From Octopus bimaculoides (taxonomy: Eukaryota), in the NCBI RefSeq assembly GCF_001194135.2, contig NC_068992.1, positions 59,114,160 through 59,178,159 of the forward strand: 64,000 nt of DNA, written 5' to 3'. Position numbers and translations under genes: made by a program. Positions 62,678 through 64,000 of the stretch are shown here, piece by piece; the first letter of the stretch is position 1; the number at the start of each line of letters is the position of its first letter. The notes under the pieces are model-generated. The model was not told the origin of the DNA and did not search any database. It saw nothing but the letters and a program-made list of their open reading frames with translations.

Positions 62678-62956
62678 CAGTGGTTTGCAACCATTTCCCC
62701 CTATGGACCCCCTTGATTCGCATTTTACTCTACTGGGTCTCCATAGTCGCTGGATGTTTGAAAAAGATCTCATTATATTGTAATAATTAAATTTTAAAAG
62801 GAATTGTATAAAAAGAATTGCTAAAACATTTTGTGTATTTCAGAAGAATAAGCATTTTATTGCACATAAACTTAAGCAACAAAATCTTCTATGGTCCCCC
62901 AAGGGTCACATGTTCCCTGTCCCAAGGGTCATATGGACCTTGGTTGAGAACCACTG
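62678..62956. mobile_element. hAT (Charlie-like) MITE
   Basis: TIRs cagtggtttgcaacc / ggttgagaaccactg; internal tatggacccc motifs; TSD not clean. Confidence 0.7.
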
Positions 62957-63129
62957 GTTTAGTATATTGTTTCTAAGTTTTGACAAGGCATGTGGTTCAT
63001 GGGTCAAACAACCACGTAAAATTCTTCCTCGCAAGAATGATGTATTTTAAGTTGTGATATATTCAGTAGATGAAAACCCAGACAAAATGCTTATGGTGGA
63101 GAAAAAGAGGAACCTAAAACAAACTCTAT

Positions 63130-63500
63130 TTGCCTCTCCTCCTCTCGTCATCATTGTTGTGTCCCACCCTTACCTGCGACATTGCTCAGATGATTATGCC
63201 TAATCTTCCTTCCCTGAATTTCACCCCTCTGGAACTCTCTCCCTACCCTTGTCTTTCCTACACGTGATGACTCGAAAAGTTCAAGAGAAACATTAATGAC
63301 ATCAGTCTCATCGCTCTGAAAGCGTCTGCAAATGTCATGGGAACTGCTCCTTCACCCAGACCCTCTGGGAGTCTCTCTACTCAGTCGTATAGGTGTCCAC
63401 TCGCAAAGGTCCAAGAGAAACATTAACGAAATCAATGTCACCGCTCTATAGGAAGGCATTGCTTCTTCAACCTCCAGACCCAGCAAGCAAATAATAAATG
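63130..63500 (+). mobile_element. 3' end of a CR1/Jockey-like LINE, tandemly duplicated
   Basis: LWNSLPTLVFP...KFKRNINDISLIAL; a second diverged copy lies about 130 bp downstream; ends near aataataaa. Confidence 0.6.
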
Positions 63501-63969
63501 CGTGTTTTCGTTATTTAACGCCTAGCTAGATAACATAAATCACATAAACCACTCGTATAGAAGATTCATTCTACCTCGAAAGAAACGCACTCTCTTCGCG
63601 AAAATCTTTTTTAAAAGCCCGAAGTTCAACAAACAACAAGAACTAACTTTCTGATAACCGACTCAATAAATCACCACGAGAAAAATTCTTCAATAGACCA
63701 ACATCATTTGACAAAAAAAAAAAAGACAAGAAAAGAAAAAGCAAGGTGCTTTATTTTCTTTCTAGCAAATATTTTTTTTTCTTCTTTTGTCGCTGATGCA
63801 AGGATTTCATGGTCCATTGAAATTTTCATTAAATGTCATCTTCTGTCTTAAATTATTTCCGTTATTTTATTTATTTCTTGTTGCATTTATTTTTTTCTTC
63901 GCTGCTCTTTTTTTTTTTAACTTCCATCGATGTGTATGTTACCGATTGCCTATGCGATCAAAATTCGAA

Positions 63970-64000
<31 letters not shown>

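Noticed and set aside
1-64000. CRISPR arrays, rRNA, prokaryotic operons
   Set aside because: No regularly spaced repeat-spacer structure or such genes are present; the sequence is eukaryotic repeat-rich DNA

Overview
AT-rich eukaryotic DNA from a fragmented scaffold assembly (about 25 N-gaps, roughly 7.7 kb in total, most flanked by microsatellites). The SINE families and the density of TA/TG/AG/TATG/AAT microsatellites point to an octopus or other cephalopod genome (inference from repeat content). No intact gene, rRNA, tRNA gene or CRISPR array is visible, and almost all long ORFs in the track are gap or microsatellite artefacts. The window is a retroelement and transposon graveyard. It holds more than 30 tRNA-derived SINE copies from three or four families, a decayed Tx1-clade LINE ORF2, mariner (DD34D) and maT (DD37D) relics, R4/Dong-like, HERO-like and CR1-like LINE fragments, a Penelope-like GIY-YIG fragment, and several MITE or fold-back elements. 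A few short candidate host exons have good splice sites but no recognisable product. The most notable observations are: (1) the Tx1 LINE is split at about one codon position into a + half (4.0-6.2 kb) and a - half (14.1-14.9 kb), implying an inversion of about 8.7 kb; (2) three type-I hammerhead-ribozyme-like motifs lie within 5.4 kb (45.4, 48.9 and 50.7 kb), one with the compensatory U3-A8 core; (3) an R4/Dong-like LINE sits inside an (AAT)n tract, stacked between a Penelope tail and a second R4-like element. All translations and foldings were done by eye and no database searches were run.
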